From Bryobacteraceae bacterium (GTDB taxonomy: Bacteria; Acidobacteriota; Terriglobia; Bryobacterales; Bryobacteraceae), in contig JBEKAQ010000005.1 in the NCBI GenBank assembly GCA_050015835.1, positions 12,013 to 76,012 on the forward strand: a stretch of DNA of 64,000 nucleotides, in the 5' to 3' direction. The notes under the pieces were generated by a model. That model was not told the DNA's origin. It worked only from the letters and a program-made list of their open reading frames with translations, and did no database searches. Each line of letters begins with the position of its first letter. The first letter of the stretch is position 1. Positions 9,555-17,322 of this stretch are shown piece after piece. The position numbers were made by a program, and so were the translations under genes.

Positions 9555-9977
9555 GTGATCACCGCTGTCGATACCAACGTCTTTCTCGACATCCTCTTGC
9601 CGAACGAAGCCTTCTGCGGCCTTTCCACAGCGGCTCTGGAGGAGGCTGCCAGCGCCGGTTCCCTGATCGTCTGCGACCTTGTGTACGCGGAACTCTGTGT
9701 TCACTTCGCGAGGCAAAAGGAGTGCGACGAGTTTCTGGCGGCGAGCGAGGTTCGGGTCGAGCCGTTGACCAGGGCTACGCACTTCATTGCCAGTCGCGCA
9801 TGGCGAACGTATCGAGAGCAAGGGGGGTCGAGGACGCGTATCCTGGCGGATTTTCTGATTGGCGCTCACGCTCAGACGCAAGCATCGCGGCTGCTCTCTC
9901 GCGATCGCGGCTTCTATCGCAAGCTCTTTCCAAAACTCACACTGCTCGATCCGTCAGACAGGACGGTGCGACATTAA
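9555..9977 (+). CDS. vapC: PIN-domain ribonuclease toxin (VapC-like)
   Basis: N-terminal VDTNVFLD acidic motif and a C-terminal DFLIGAHA block. It starts 8 nt after the antitoxin stop. Confidence 0.8.
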   Translation: MITAVDTNVFLDILLPNEAFCGLSTAALEEAASAGSLIVCDLVYAELCVHFARQKECDEFLAASEVRVEPLTRATHFIASRAWRTYREQGGSRTRILADFLIGAHAQTQASRLLSRDRGFYRKLFPKLTLLDPSDRTVRH

Positions 9978-9983
9978 GCGCGC

Positions 9984-10628
9984 TCAGAACGTGTAGCTCA
10001 GCCCGAACAGCGGAGTGAACTGTTCGAAGATCCCGCGTGCCGTATTATTCGGCGCCGGGACGATCTGCCGCTTGGGGAACGTGGTCAGGTAATCCTGGAA
10101 TTCCGCGCGCAGCAGCATGTGCGGCACGGGCCGGAAGGTTACGCCTCCGCCGGCTCCGTAGGCTACCTTCCAGACGTCGTTGGTGGCGAGCGTGGCAATT
10201 TGTGGAATCGGCTGCGGGTTTGGCGCCGGACCGGCGATGATATAGTCCTTCGCCCCGACGCCTCCGATCAGATAAGGCCGCCAGCGGCTCACGCGCCTCC
10301 TGAAGTGGAACAGCAATTCGTAGGCAAGAGCATCCGATTGACCCTGAATGTCCGTTTTAACGGTGGGAGTCTGCAGGAACGGGTGGCCGTCGTGATAGAG
10401 ATAACGAAACTCGGCGGACACGTAATCGGAGAATTCATCTCCGAGGATCACGCCGGCCGCGAAACGGGTTCGAATCCCCGCCTTCGCCGTTCCATCGGCC
10501 GAATAGATACTGCCGTCGCGGTAGAAGCCGTACCCGATATCCGCCCCGATTTCGTATTCCTGGCCGAAGGCGGCGCCCGCAAAAAGAACAAAAAGAATTA
10601 CGCCTGAACGCTGCACTGCCTCGATCAT
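9984..10628 (-). CDS. outer-membrane beta-barrel (OmpA-like porin family) protein
   Basis: Signal peptide, alternating beta-strand pattern and a C-terminal GLSYTF with terminal Phe. Confidence 0.7.
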   Translation of the reverse strand: MIEAVQRSGVILFVLFAGAAFGQEYEIGADIGYGFYRDGSIYSADGTAKAGIRTRFAAGVILGDEFSDYVSAEFRYLYHDGHPFLQTPTVKTDIQGQSDALAYELLFHFRRRVSRWRPYLIGGVGAKDYIIAGPAPNPQPIPQIATLATNDVWKVAYGAGGGVTFRPVPHMLLRAEFQDYLTTFPKRQIVPAPNNTARGIFEQFTPLFGLSYTF

Positions 10629-10663
10629 AGCGAAGCCCTGGCCTGCTAAGCTGAGGGGCGTCT

Positions 10664-12028
10664 GTGCCACGCCGGTTGCGCATCGTTCTCACCTCGCTCG
10701 TTCCCATTTTGCTCGTCGCGGCGGGTATGCGGCTTTGGTTCGCGTGGGATTATCAGCGGCACGCTCCGCACCAGGCGCTGAGCGCCATCCCGTTTCTTTT
10801 CGAATCGGGAAATATCGCCGTTTCGCTGGCCAAAGGAAACGGATTCGGATCTCCCTTCCGCGTCGACACCGGACCCACCGCGTGGATGTCTCCGCTCTAT
10901 CCACTGCTTCTTTCCGGCATTCTGCGAATCTTCGGCATCTATACCTATCAGTCCTGGGTGGCAGCCGTCCTGATGAACATCTGCTTTTCGACGCTCGCCT
11001 GCGTGCCCGTCTACTACACCGCGAAGCGCATCGGCGGCACACCGGCCGCGGCGCTGGCGGGATGGCTCTGGGCCATCTTTCCCAACGCGATTCTGCTCAG
11101 CTTCCAGAGCTTGTGGGATACGTCCCTCTCGGCCCTGCTCGGGATCGCGGTGGTCTGGGCCACCCTGCGCGTCGCGGGTTCCACGCGTCCCATCGAATGG
11201 TGGGCTTACGGCCTCGTTTGGGGAACGGCGCTGATGTCCAACGCGGCGCTTCTTTCACTATTGCCGCTGCTGCTGGGATGGGCGATCTGGAATAGCCGGT
11301 CCGCGCGCAATTTCATCTCGAATGGCGCGCTCGCCGCGGGCATGGTGGTGCTGTGCTGCGTCCCCTGGACAGTCCGCAACTACCGCGTTTTCCATACCTT
11401 TGTTCCGCTCAGATCCGTGCTGGGCCTGCAATTGTGGGTGGGCAACAATCCCGAGGCGAAGGTCGTCTGGCGCGGCGAACAGCATCCCATCCACGATTCA
11501 TCGGAACGCGATCGCTACGTGCAGTTGGGCGAGATCGCGTATATGCACGAGAAGCTCGATAACGCGCTCCGCTATATCTTCACCCATCCGGGCCATGAAA
11601 GCGAATTGATCGGCGGGCGTTTCGTGATGTTCTGGGCGGGAGGCACGCCCCACCCCATAGCGGATTTCCTGCACGACCGCTCTCCATGGTTCCGCTACGT
11701 CCTGATCTTCAATCTGTGCGCGGCGCTGGCGGCGCTGGCCGGTATCGTCCTGCTGTTCCTGGCCCGAAATCCGTATGTGTTCCCAGTCGCGGTGGGCCCG
11801 CTGCTGTTTCCGCTCGCGTACTACATGACGCTGGCCATGCCGCGTTACCGGCATCCCATCGATCCCACCCTGATGGTGCTGCTTGGGTTTGTTCTCTACC
11901 GCGCCGGCACGCGATTCCCGGCGATCCACACTGAATCGATCTTCCGCACGTTGCGGATGTCGTCGAGAGGATTGCCGTCGAGGACCACTAAATCGGCCCA
12001 CTTGCCCGGCTCGAGAGTCCCGAACTGA
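10664..12028 (+). CDS. ArnT/PMT-like (GT39-type) integral membrane glycosyltransferase
   Basis: Many TM helices with a GT-C-type N-terminal pattern. The last ~130 nt overlap the convergent amidohydrolase gene, so the true stop or C-terminus is uncertain. Confidence 0.6.
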   Translation: MPRRLRIVLTSLVPILLVAAGMRLWFAWDYQRHAPHQALSAIPFLFESGNIAVSLAKGNGFGSPFRVDTGPTAWMSPLYPLLLSGILRIFGIYTYQSWVAAVLMNICFSTLACVPVYYTAKRIGGTPAAALAGWLWAIFPNAILLSFQSLWDTSLSALLGIAVVWATLRVAGSTRPIEWWAYGLVWGTALMSNAALLSLLPLLLGWAIWNSRSARNFISNGALAAGMVVLCCVPWTVRNYRVFHTFVPLRSVLGLQLWVGNNPEAKVVWRGEQHPIHDSSERDRYVQLGEIAYMHEKLDNALRYIFTHPGHESELIGGRFVMFWAGGTPHPIADFLHDRSPWFRYVLIFNLCAALAALAGIVLLFLARNPYVFPVAVGPLLFPLAYYMTLAMPRYRHPIDPTLMVLLGFVLYRAGTRFPAIHTESIFRTLRMSSRGLPSRTTKSAHLPGSRVPN

Positions 12029-13176
12029 TCCGACATGTGCAGGCAGCGCGCGCCCATGCTGGTGGACGCCACGATGGCCTGCATGGGCGTAAGCCCGGCT
12101 TTGGTCATGTATTCCAGCTCCAGCAGCTCGAAGTATCCCTGGAACCGGTAGTCGGGACCGGTGTCCGTTCCCATCACCACCTGGACGCCGGCGTCCTCCA
12201 GCTTCTTAAGATTCTTCATAGCCACCGGCAGGTGCTCCCGGTACCAAATGGCGCCCTTGTTGGTACGCATGGCATCCTGGAACGCCGGCTCCCGCGCCTT
12301 CGCCACTTGTTCGCGATTGGCGTCGCGCAGAAAGAGCGGGTCGTCGAGAAACGCCGGCTTGTCCGCGTAAATGAATGTCGAAACTTCGCGCATCAACGTG
12401 GGATTGTAGAAGGCATTGTTCTTCTTGAGCAGCGCGATGGTCTCATCGTCCACTTCCCGATCGCGCACGCTGTGGGCGATGTAATCGGCGCCGAGGCGCA
12501 GGACCGCCTTCGCATCGGCGAGCTTCACAATATGCACGGCGATGCGCATACCCTTCGCGTGCGCCTCCTGGATGATCGCGGTATACACGTCGGGCTGCAT
12601 CGGCGTGGTGGCGCCCAGCTGATCGTCGATGCGAATCTTGACGATATCGGTCTTCGCCGCCGCGATGGCGTCCACCGCTTTACGCCCTTCTTCCGGAGTT
12701 TTCGAAGTCGGGATCGGCCCGGCAATAAACAGCCGCGCGCGCTTCAGGGCCGGCGTCTGCTGCTCGGCGCGGGTTTGATCGCGCAGTTCGATTTCCTTAT
12801 CGCCGCCCAGACTGAACACCGACGTCACACCATAGCGTGCGTAGATGCCCAGCTGGCTCACCTCGTTGACGTGGCTGTGGGCGCTGATCAACCCCGGAAT
12901 AATCGTCTTGCCTGTGGCGTCGACTTGCAGCGCCCCGGCGGGAACCTTGACGGACATTCCGACCGCCTCGATGCGCCCGTTGCGGACAACAATCGTCGCC
13001 TTTTCCACCGCAGCCTTGCCCGTGCCATCGATAATGCGCGCTCCGGTAAAGGCGCGCACATCGTCCGCCGCACCGGCCACAGCCGGAATGAGACTCAGAA
13101 TCCCGGTCGCCAGCAGCAGCCATGCTGAGCTTCGCGTATTAGTTTTCCGCGTGTTAGTTTTCATGGTTCCGTTCAC
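11896..13176 (-). CDS. secreted amidohydrolase family protein
   Basis: Signal peptide, metal-binding GLISAHSHV, and a C-terminal ADLVVLDGNPL motif typical of the imidazolonepropionase-like amidohydrolase fold. The start is GTG 13176 or ATG 13164. Confidence 0.8.
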   Translation of the reverse strand: MNGTMKTNTRKTNTRSSAWLLLATGILSLIPAVAGAADDVRAFTGARIIDGTGKAAVEKATIVVRNGRIEAVGMSVKVPAGALQVDATGKTIIPGLISAHSHVNEVSQLGIYARYGVTSVFSLGGDKEIELRDQTRAEQQTPALKRARLFIAGPIPTSKTPEEGRKAVDAIAAAKTDIVKIRIDDQLGATTPMQPDVYTAIIQEAHAKGMRIAVHIVKLADAKAVLRLGADYIAHSVRDREVDDETIALLKKNNAFYNPTLMREVSTFIYADKPAFLDDPLFLRDANREQVAKAREPAFQDAMRTNKGAIWYREHLPVAMKNLKKLEDAGVQVVMGTDTGPDYRFQGYFELLELEYMTKAGLTPMQAIVASTSMGARCLHMSDQFGTLEPGKWADLVVLDGNPLDDIRNVRKIDSVWIAGNRVPAR

Positions 13177-13405
13177 TCTTCACGCGATAGTATACTCTTC
13201 CCGCGAATTAAGAGGGACGGTACGGCTGAAATGGAAATCCGGTAGTCCGATGGCTGCACCCACCGGCGTTACCGGATCTGGTTCGCTGCGGTCTTCATCA
13301 CCATTCACATGCCGCAGGCCCGTGGCGACAGGTTGACGGTGTACCTCCGGGTCCGCGGGGCTGGCAGTCCCGCTAAGTTTGCGCTGCTGCGGCGGCAGCC
13401 GGCTT

Positions 13406-13831
13406 CTAGTTCGCCTGCAGCCCTTTGATGTAGTCGGTGAGATTCGCGACCCGCAGGGTAACGACGCTGTCCCCCGCGCTCACGGAGTGGAAGATGTCAC
13501 CCCACATCGGCATGTCCCGTGTTCCGTGCGCCGCCACCGACTGCGCGTCGCCTCTGATGAAGTTCTGAACCTCGAGCGCCGGGAACTTACCGTTGTTCTT
13601 TTTGCTCAGTAATGTCAGATTGGCCGGCGCCTTCTTGAGCGCGGACGCCGCTGGGCCGTTGCCCGTGCCGTCGGCGCCGTGACACGCGGCGCAATAGTCC
13701 TTGAACATCGCAGCGCCCGAGGATGGCTGCGTATAGCCGATGTCAACTTTCTTAATCTGTTTGGGGGGCTCCTGGCCGAACAGGAATGCCGAGACAGCCA
13801 GTGTTGCCGCAAATGTGATGAGTATGCGCAT
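13406..13831 (-). CDS. monohaem c-type cytochrome
   Basis: Signal peptide, a single CAACH haem motif, and a distal Met region DMPMWG. Confidence 0.8.
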   Translation of the reverse strand: MRILITFAATLAVSAFLFGQEPPKQIKKVDIGYTQPSSGAAMFKDYCAACHGADGTGNGPAASALKKAPANLTLLSKKNNGKFPALEVQNFIRGDAQSVAAHGTRDMPMWGDIFHSVSAGDSVVTLRVANLTDYIKGLQAN

Positions 13832-13858
13832 GTCGCTTACTCTCCTTTCGGCTTCGGG

Positions 13859-15121
13859 TTAAGGCAACTGTCCGGCCAATCCCAATCCGGAGCGAAAATA
13901 TTCGGGCAGAGAAGGCTTGGTATCGACCAGAATCTCGAGCACCGCGCGCCGGTCCGCCGCCGTCAGCGACTGGTATGCCGGGGATTGATCTTTTCCGCTC
14001 AATACTTCCCACAGGCGCTGATACAACGGTTCTTTCACCGCCGCCGGCAAAGCTTCGAACGAATCCGAATAAATCAGAAAACTGCACGGATAACGAAAGA
14101 GCCGCCGCCGCAGATCCGTCTCTCGCAGAGAACGGCCCAGATGATCCTTCGGCCCTCGTTCCTCGAACTCTGCGCGAAATGGCGCAGTGCCGGTGACGCG
14201 ATAACGCAGGCGAGGCTCATCCGCGAACAGCATGTAGCGGACCGTGCTCTCGATGGTAGCCGCCAACTCCGGCCGGTTCAGCCGCGCCTCATATCCCAGC
14301 CGTGTAATCAAATTGTGCATCTGCACCTGATGATTGAGAACCATCAGCGCCACCACGTCGCTGGTGGGCTCCGGATACTGTGCGGTATCCACTCGCCCCT
14401 TGAGATCGATTACGTTGGCGCCGCGCTCGGTGTCGATCTTGTAAGAGCTGCCTTTAGCCGTCCCATTTCCCAAATGGCGCTCATCGCCGTGTGTGCCCGT
14501 CACGTACCAGCCTCCCCAGCGCTGGTTCAGAGGACTCCGATGATCGGTCAGAAACGAGCCCGCTTCGAGAATCGGCTCACCCGCGCTGTTGGTGAATACC
14601 GATCTCGTCAGGAACCCCGGAACGCTCATCGTGTTCACCGAGAAGTGGCACTTCAGGCACTCTTCGTTCTTTCGTATCAACTCCGGATGCGCCGTCTTCT
14701 TCTGCGCCATCACGTAAAACATCGCGCCCTTTTGAGGATCGATCGCGGCGACCTCGAGTAACCCCCCGCGCACCAGGCCCACGTACACGTCGTCCCCGAA
14801 ATAGATGGCGCGGGGATGCTCGGGCGAGATGCGATCCACCTGCAGGCTGGTCTTGGAAAAAACCAGGGTCTGCGATGAGACCGGTATGTGGAGCTCCCGC
14901 AGAACCGATTCCAGATATCCCCATTTGTCGCCGAACTCGAGGTGCGCCTGGCCGCTGTCGAGGCGCTTTTGCAGATCGCTCGCCAGATCCTGCGTCTCGC
15001 CCGATTCATAAAGAATGGCTGGGTCGTCAAGCCGTGGTACGAACAATGGAGGCGATTGGGGTGTGGCCAGCGCCGGCGCCAGCAGGCACACTAAGGCCGT
15101 CAGTCTCATGCAGGGAAACAT
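13859..15121 (-). CDS. secreted hypothetical protein with one CxxCH motif
   Basis: Signal peptide MRLTALVCLLAPALA and a CLKCH motif. I recognise no family. It lies directly upstream of the cytochrome c gene on the same strand. Confidence 0.5.
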   Translation of the reverse strand: MFPCMRLTALVCLLAPALATPQSPPLFVPRLDDPAILYESGETQDLASDLQKRLDSGQAHLEFGDKWGYLESVLRELHIPVSSQTLVFSKTSLQVDRISPEHPRAIYFGDDVYVGLVRGGLLEVAAIDPQKGAMFYVMAQKKTAHPELIRKNEECLKCHFSVNTMSVPGFLTRSVFTNSAGEPILEAGSFLTDHRSPLNQRWGGWYVTGTHGDERHLGNGTAKGSSYKIDTERGANVIDLKGRVDTAQYPEPTSDVVALMVLNHQVQMHNLITRLGYEARLNRPELAATIESTVRYMLFADEPRLRYRVTGTAPFRAEFEERGPKDHLGRSLRETDLRRRLFRYPCSFLIYSDSFEALPAAVKEPLYQRLWEVLSGKDQSPAYQSLTAADRRAVLEILVDTKPSLPEYFRSGLGLAGQLP

Positions 15122-15185
15122 CGTGCAGTTGCGATTCCACTCACACAGTTGCGATCCACTCACGATGATACGCCCGACGCGCGCA

Positions 15186-16478
15186 TCATTTCAGGGGAAG
15201 TTCGATGGTGACCAGCAGGCCCGGTTGCTGGTTTGCGGCCGTGATGCGCCCGTGGTGTAAAGAAATAGCTCGGGAGGCGATGGCGAGCCCCAACCCTACG
15301 CCGCCGGTGGAACTGTCCCGGGACTGGTCGACGCGGTAGAAGGGCGTGAAGATTCTCGAAAGAGAATCCCCCGGAACGCCCGGTCCGCAGTCCCGCACCG
15401 TGACGATCGCCGAACTCCGCTGGGCCGTGGCGTTGATCTCGATCGCGCTCTCGTCGGGCGCATAGCGGATGGCGTTGCGAACCACGTTTTCAATGGCCCG
15501 GCGCAGCAGTTCCTGATCGCCCGTAACCTCGATGGGCCCGGCCGCCAGATCGACCCGGCAGCGCTTGGCCTCGGCTTCGATGCGGCAATCGTGCGCGATT
15601 CCTTCGAGAAGTCCCGAAAGACCAACCGGCTCAAACTTACGCGATTCGGGATCGCCCTCGGCGCGCGTCATATCGAGCAGCGAACCGACCAGCACGGTGA
15701 GGCGGGCAATCTCTTTGCGGATGCGGGCCGCGGCGGCTTCGCGGTCGTCCGCCGTGCGCAGCAGTTCGGCGGCAAAACTCAACCTCGCGAGGGGCGACCG
15801 AAGCTCATGCGAAATGTCGCGCAGCAGCCGCCGCTCCGCCGCCAGCAGCGTTTCGATACGCTCGCCCATCTGGTCGAAGGCGCGGGCCATTTGTCCGATC
15901 TCGTCGCCGCGCGTGAAATTGGCGCGCGCCGTCAGATCTCCGCGGCCGAAGCGTTCCACGGTGCGCGCCAGCCTGCGCAGGGGAGCCCCGATATCCTTGG
16001 CGAGCACCCAGCAGAGCACCGCCACCACACCGAGAATCAGCACGTAATAAAAGAGGAAACTCCAGGGCGTGAAGGGGGGCGGCATCGAGGTGGCGAAAAA
16101 CCAGTAGCGGCCGTCATCGCTCGGTTTGGCAAAGATCAGATGGCTGCCGCGCTTCGGCCCGCCGTTCCCTCGCTCGCGCGCTTCGGCGATCAGTGCCGAG
16201 TGGTCGGCGCCGGTAAGCAGATCCGTGCCTTTCGAGTCGCTGAGAAAATGTTCGCCCTGAAAATATGTTTCGAGCTTGCGCAGATTCTCGCGCAAACCCT
16301 CGCGGCCGCCGGCTTCGTACGCCTCAATGGCCTGATCTCTTTGCTGAGCATCCAGGCGGTTGAATATATTGCGCGTCGCGCGGCCTCCGTAGTAGTTGGA
16401 GATGTATATGAACAGTCCCAGAGAGACCGCGAGTGTGGCGAATACCCACAAAAGAATTCTCGCGTAAATCGATCTCAC
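15186..16478 (-). CDS. sensor histidine kinase (HAMP-HisKA-HATPase)
   Basis: Two TM segments, H-box SHELRSPL, N-box VVRNAIRY, and G-boxes DCGPGV and GGVGLGLAI. The GTG start overlaps the response-regulator stop. Confidence 0.9.
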   Translation of the reverse strand: MRSIYARILLWVFATLAVSLGLFIYISNYYGGRATRNIFNRLDAQQRDQAIEAYEAGGREGLRENLRKLETYFQGEHFLSDSKGTDLLTGADHSALIAEARERGNGGPKRGSHLIFAKPSDDGRYWFFATSMPPPFTPWSFLFYYVLILGVVAVLCWVLAKDIGAPLRRLARTVERFGRGDLTARANFTRGDEIGQMARAFDQMGERIETLLAAERRLLRDISHELRSPLARLSFAAELLRTADDREAAAARIRKEIARLTVLVGSLLDMTRAEGDPESRKFEPVGLSGLLEGIAHDCRIEAEAKRCRVDLAAGPIEVTGDQELLRRAIENVVRNAIRYAPDESAIEINATAQRSSAIVTVRDCGPGVPGDSLSRIFTPFYRVDQSRDSSTGGVGLGLAIASRAISLHHGRITAANQQPGLLVTIELPLK

Positions 16479-17185
16479 GCATCCTCCCCGGAGACCGGAG
16501 CCAGCATGTATCCCACGCCCCGGATGGTTCGAATCGGCGCTTCCTCGCCCCGGCTCAGCTTTTTCCGCAGATGGCTGATGTGAACGTCGAGCGAGCGCTC
16601 GAAAGGGGTGGCTTCGCGCTGATGCAGCGTGGCCGTAATTTCGTCGCGCGAAACGATACGCCCCGCCGCCCGCGCCAGCAACAGCAGGATATCGAATTCA
16701 AGCGATGTGAGATCGACCGGCTCCTGGTTGATCCATGCCTTACGCAGCGCCGAGTCGACGCGCAGCGCCCCTCTGCCGATCGTTTCTTCCTTCTGCTCCG
16801 TATGTCCCGACCGGCGCAGTACGGCCCGAATGCGCGCCAGCAGCTCGCCCGGCTCGAACGGCTTGGGCAGATAGTCGTCGGCCCCCAGATTGAGTCCGCC
16901 GATGCGGTCTTCCCGCTCCGTGCGCGCCGTCAGCATGATCACCGGGACCGCGCTCCGCCGCCGCAGCGCGCGCAACACCTCGAAGCCGTCGAGGACGGGA
17001 ATCATCACGTCCAGCAGAATGATGTCGAAGCTGCCGGCCAGAGCCCGCGCCAGTCCGCTCGGCCCATCGTGCGCGGCTTCAAGCGAAAAGTTGTGCTGGA
17101 TGAAGAATTCCGTCATCAACGCGCACAGGTCCACATCGTCCTCGATGAGGAGCATGCGTCTCTGCTGCGATTCGTCCTTTTCCAT
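16475..17185 (-). CDS. OmpR-family response regulator
   Basis: Receiver domain (LLIEDD, ILLDVMIP) plus a winged-helix output domain (IRTIRGVGY). Confidence 0.9.
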   Translation of the reverse strand: MEKDESQQRRMLLIEDDVDLCALMTEFFIQHNFSLEAAHDGPSGLARALAGSFDIILLDVMIPVLDGFEVLRALRRRSAVPVIMLTARTEREDRIGGLNLGADDYLPKPFEPGELLARIRAVLRRSGHTEQKEETIGRGALRVDSALRKAWINQEPVDLTSLEFDILLLLARAAGRIVSRDEITATLHQREATPFERSLDVHISHLRKKLSRGEEAPIRTIRGVGYMLAPVSGEDA

Positions 17186-17322
17186 ACCGTTCAAACTGAA
17201 AGGTCCGCCAATTGCAATGTACACGTTTCCGCGCCCCTGGCGAAGGTTCGGCCCTCGAATTTAACAAATCTTAAGAGCGCCGCTGCGCCCGGCCGCCGTG
17301 TACTGGAGATAAGAGAAACGAA

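Noticed and set aside
10465-10490. A GGGTTCGAATCCCCG stretch resembling a tRNA T-arm.
   Set aside because: No matching acceptor, D or anticodon arms can be drawn around it. It also lies inside the coding sequence of the beta-barrel gene.
13205-13340. A possible cobalamin or TPP riboswitch on the plus strand.
   Set aside because: Only partial resemblance to the conserved cores. There is no B12 box or complete TPP pyrimidine/pyrophosphate helices, and no plus-strand gene follows that it could control. It is kept only as an unclassified structured region.
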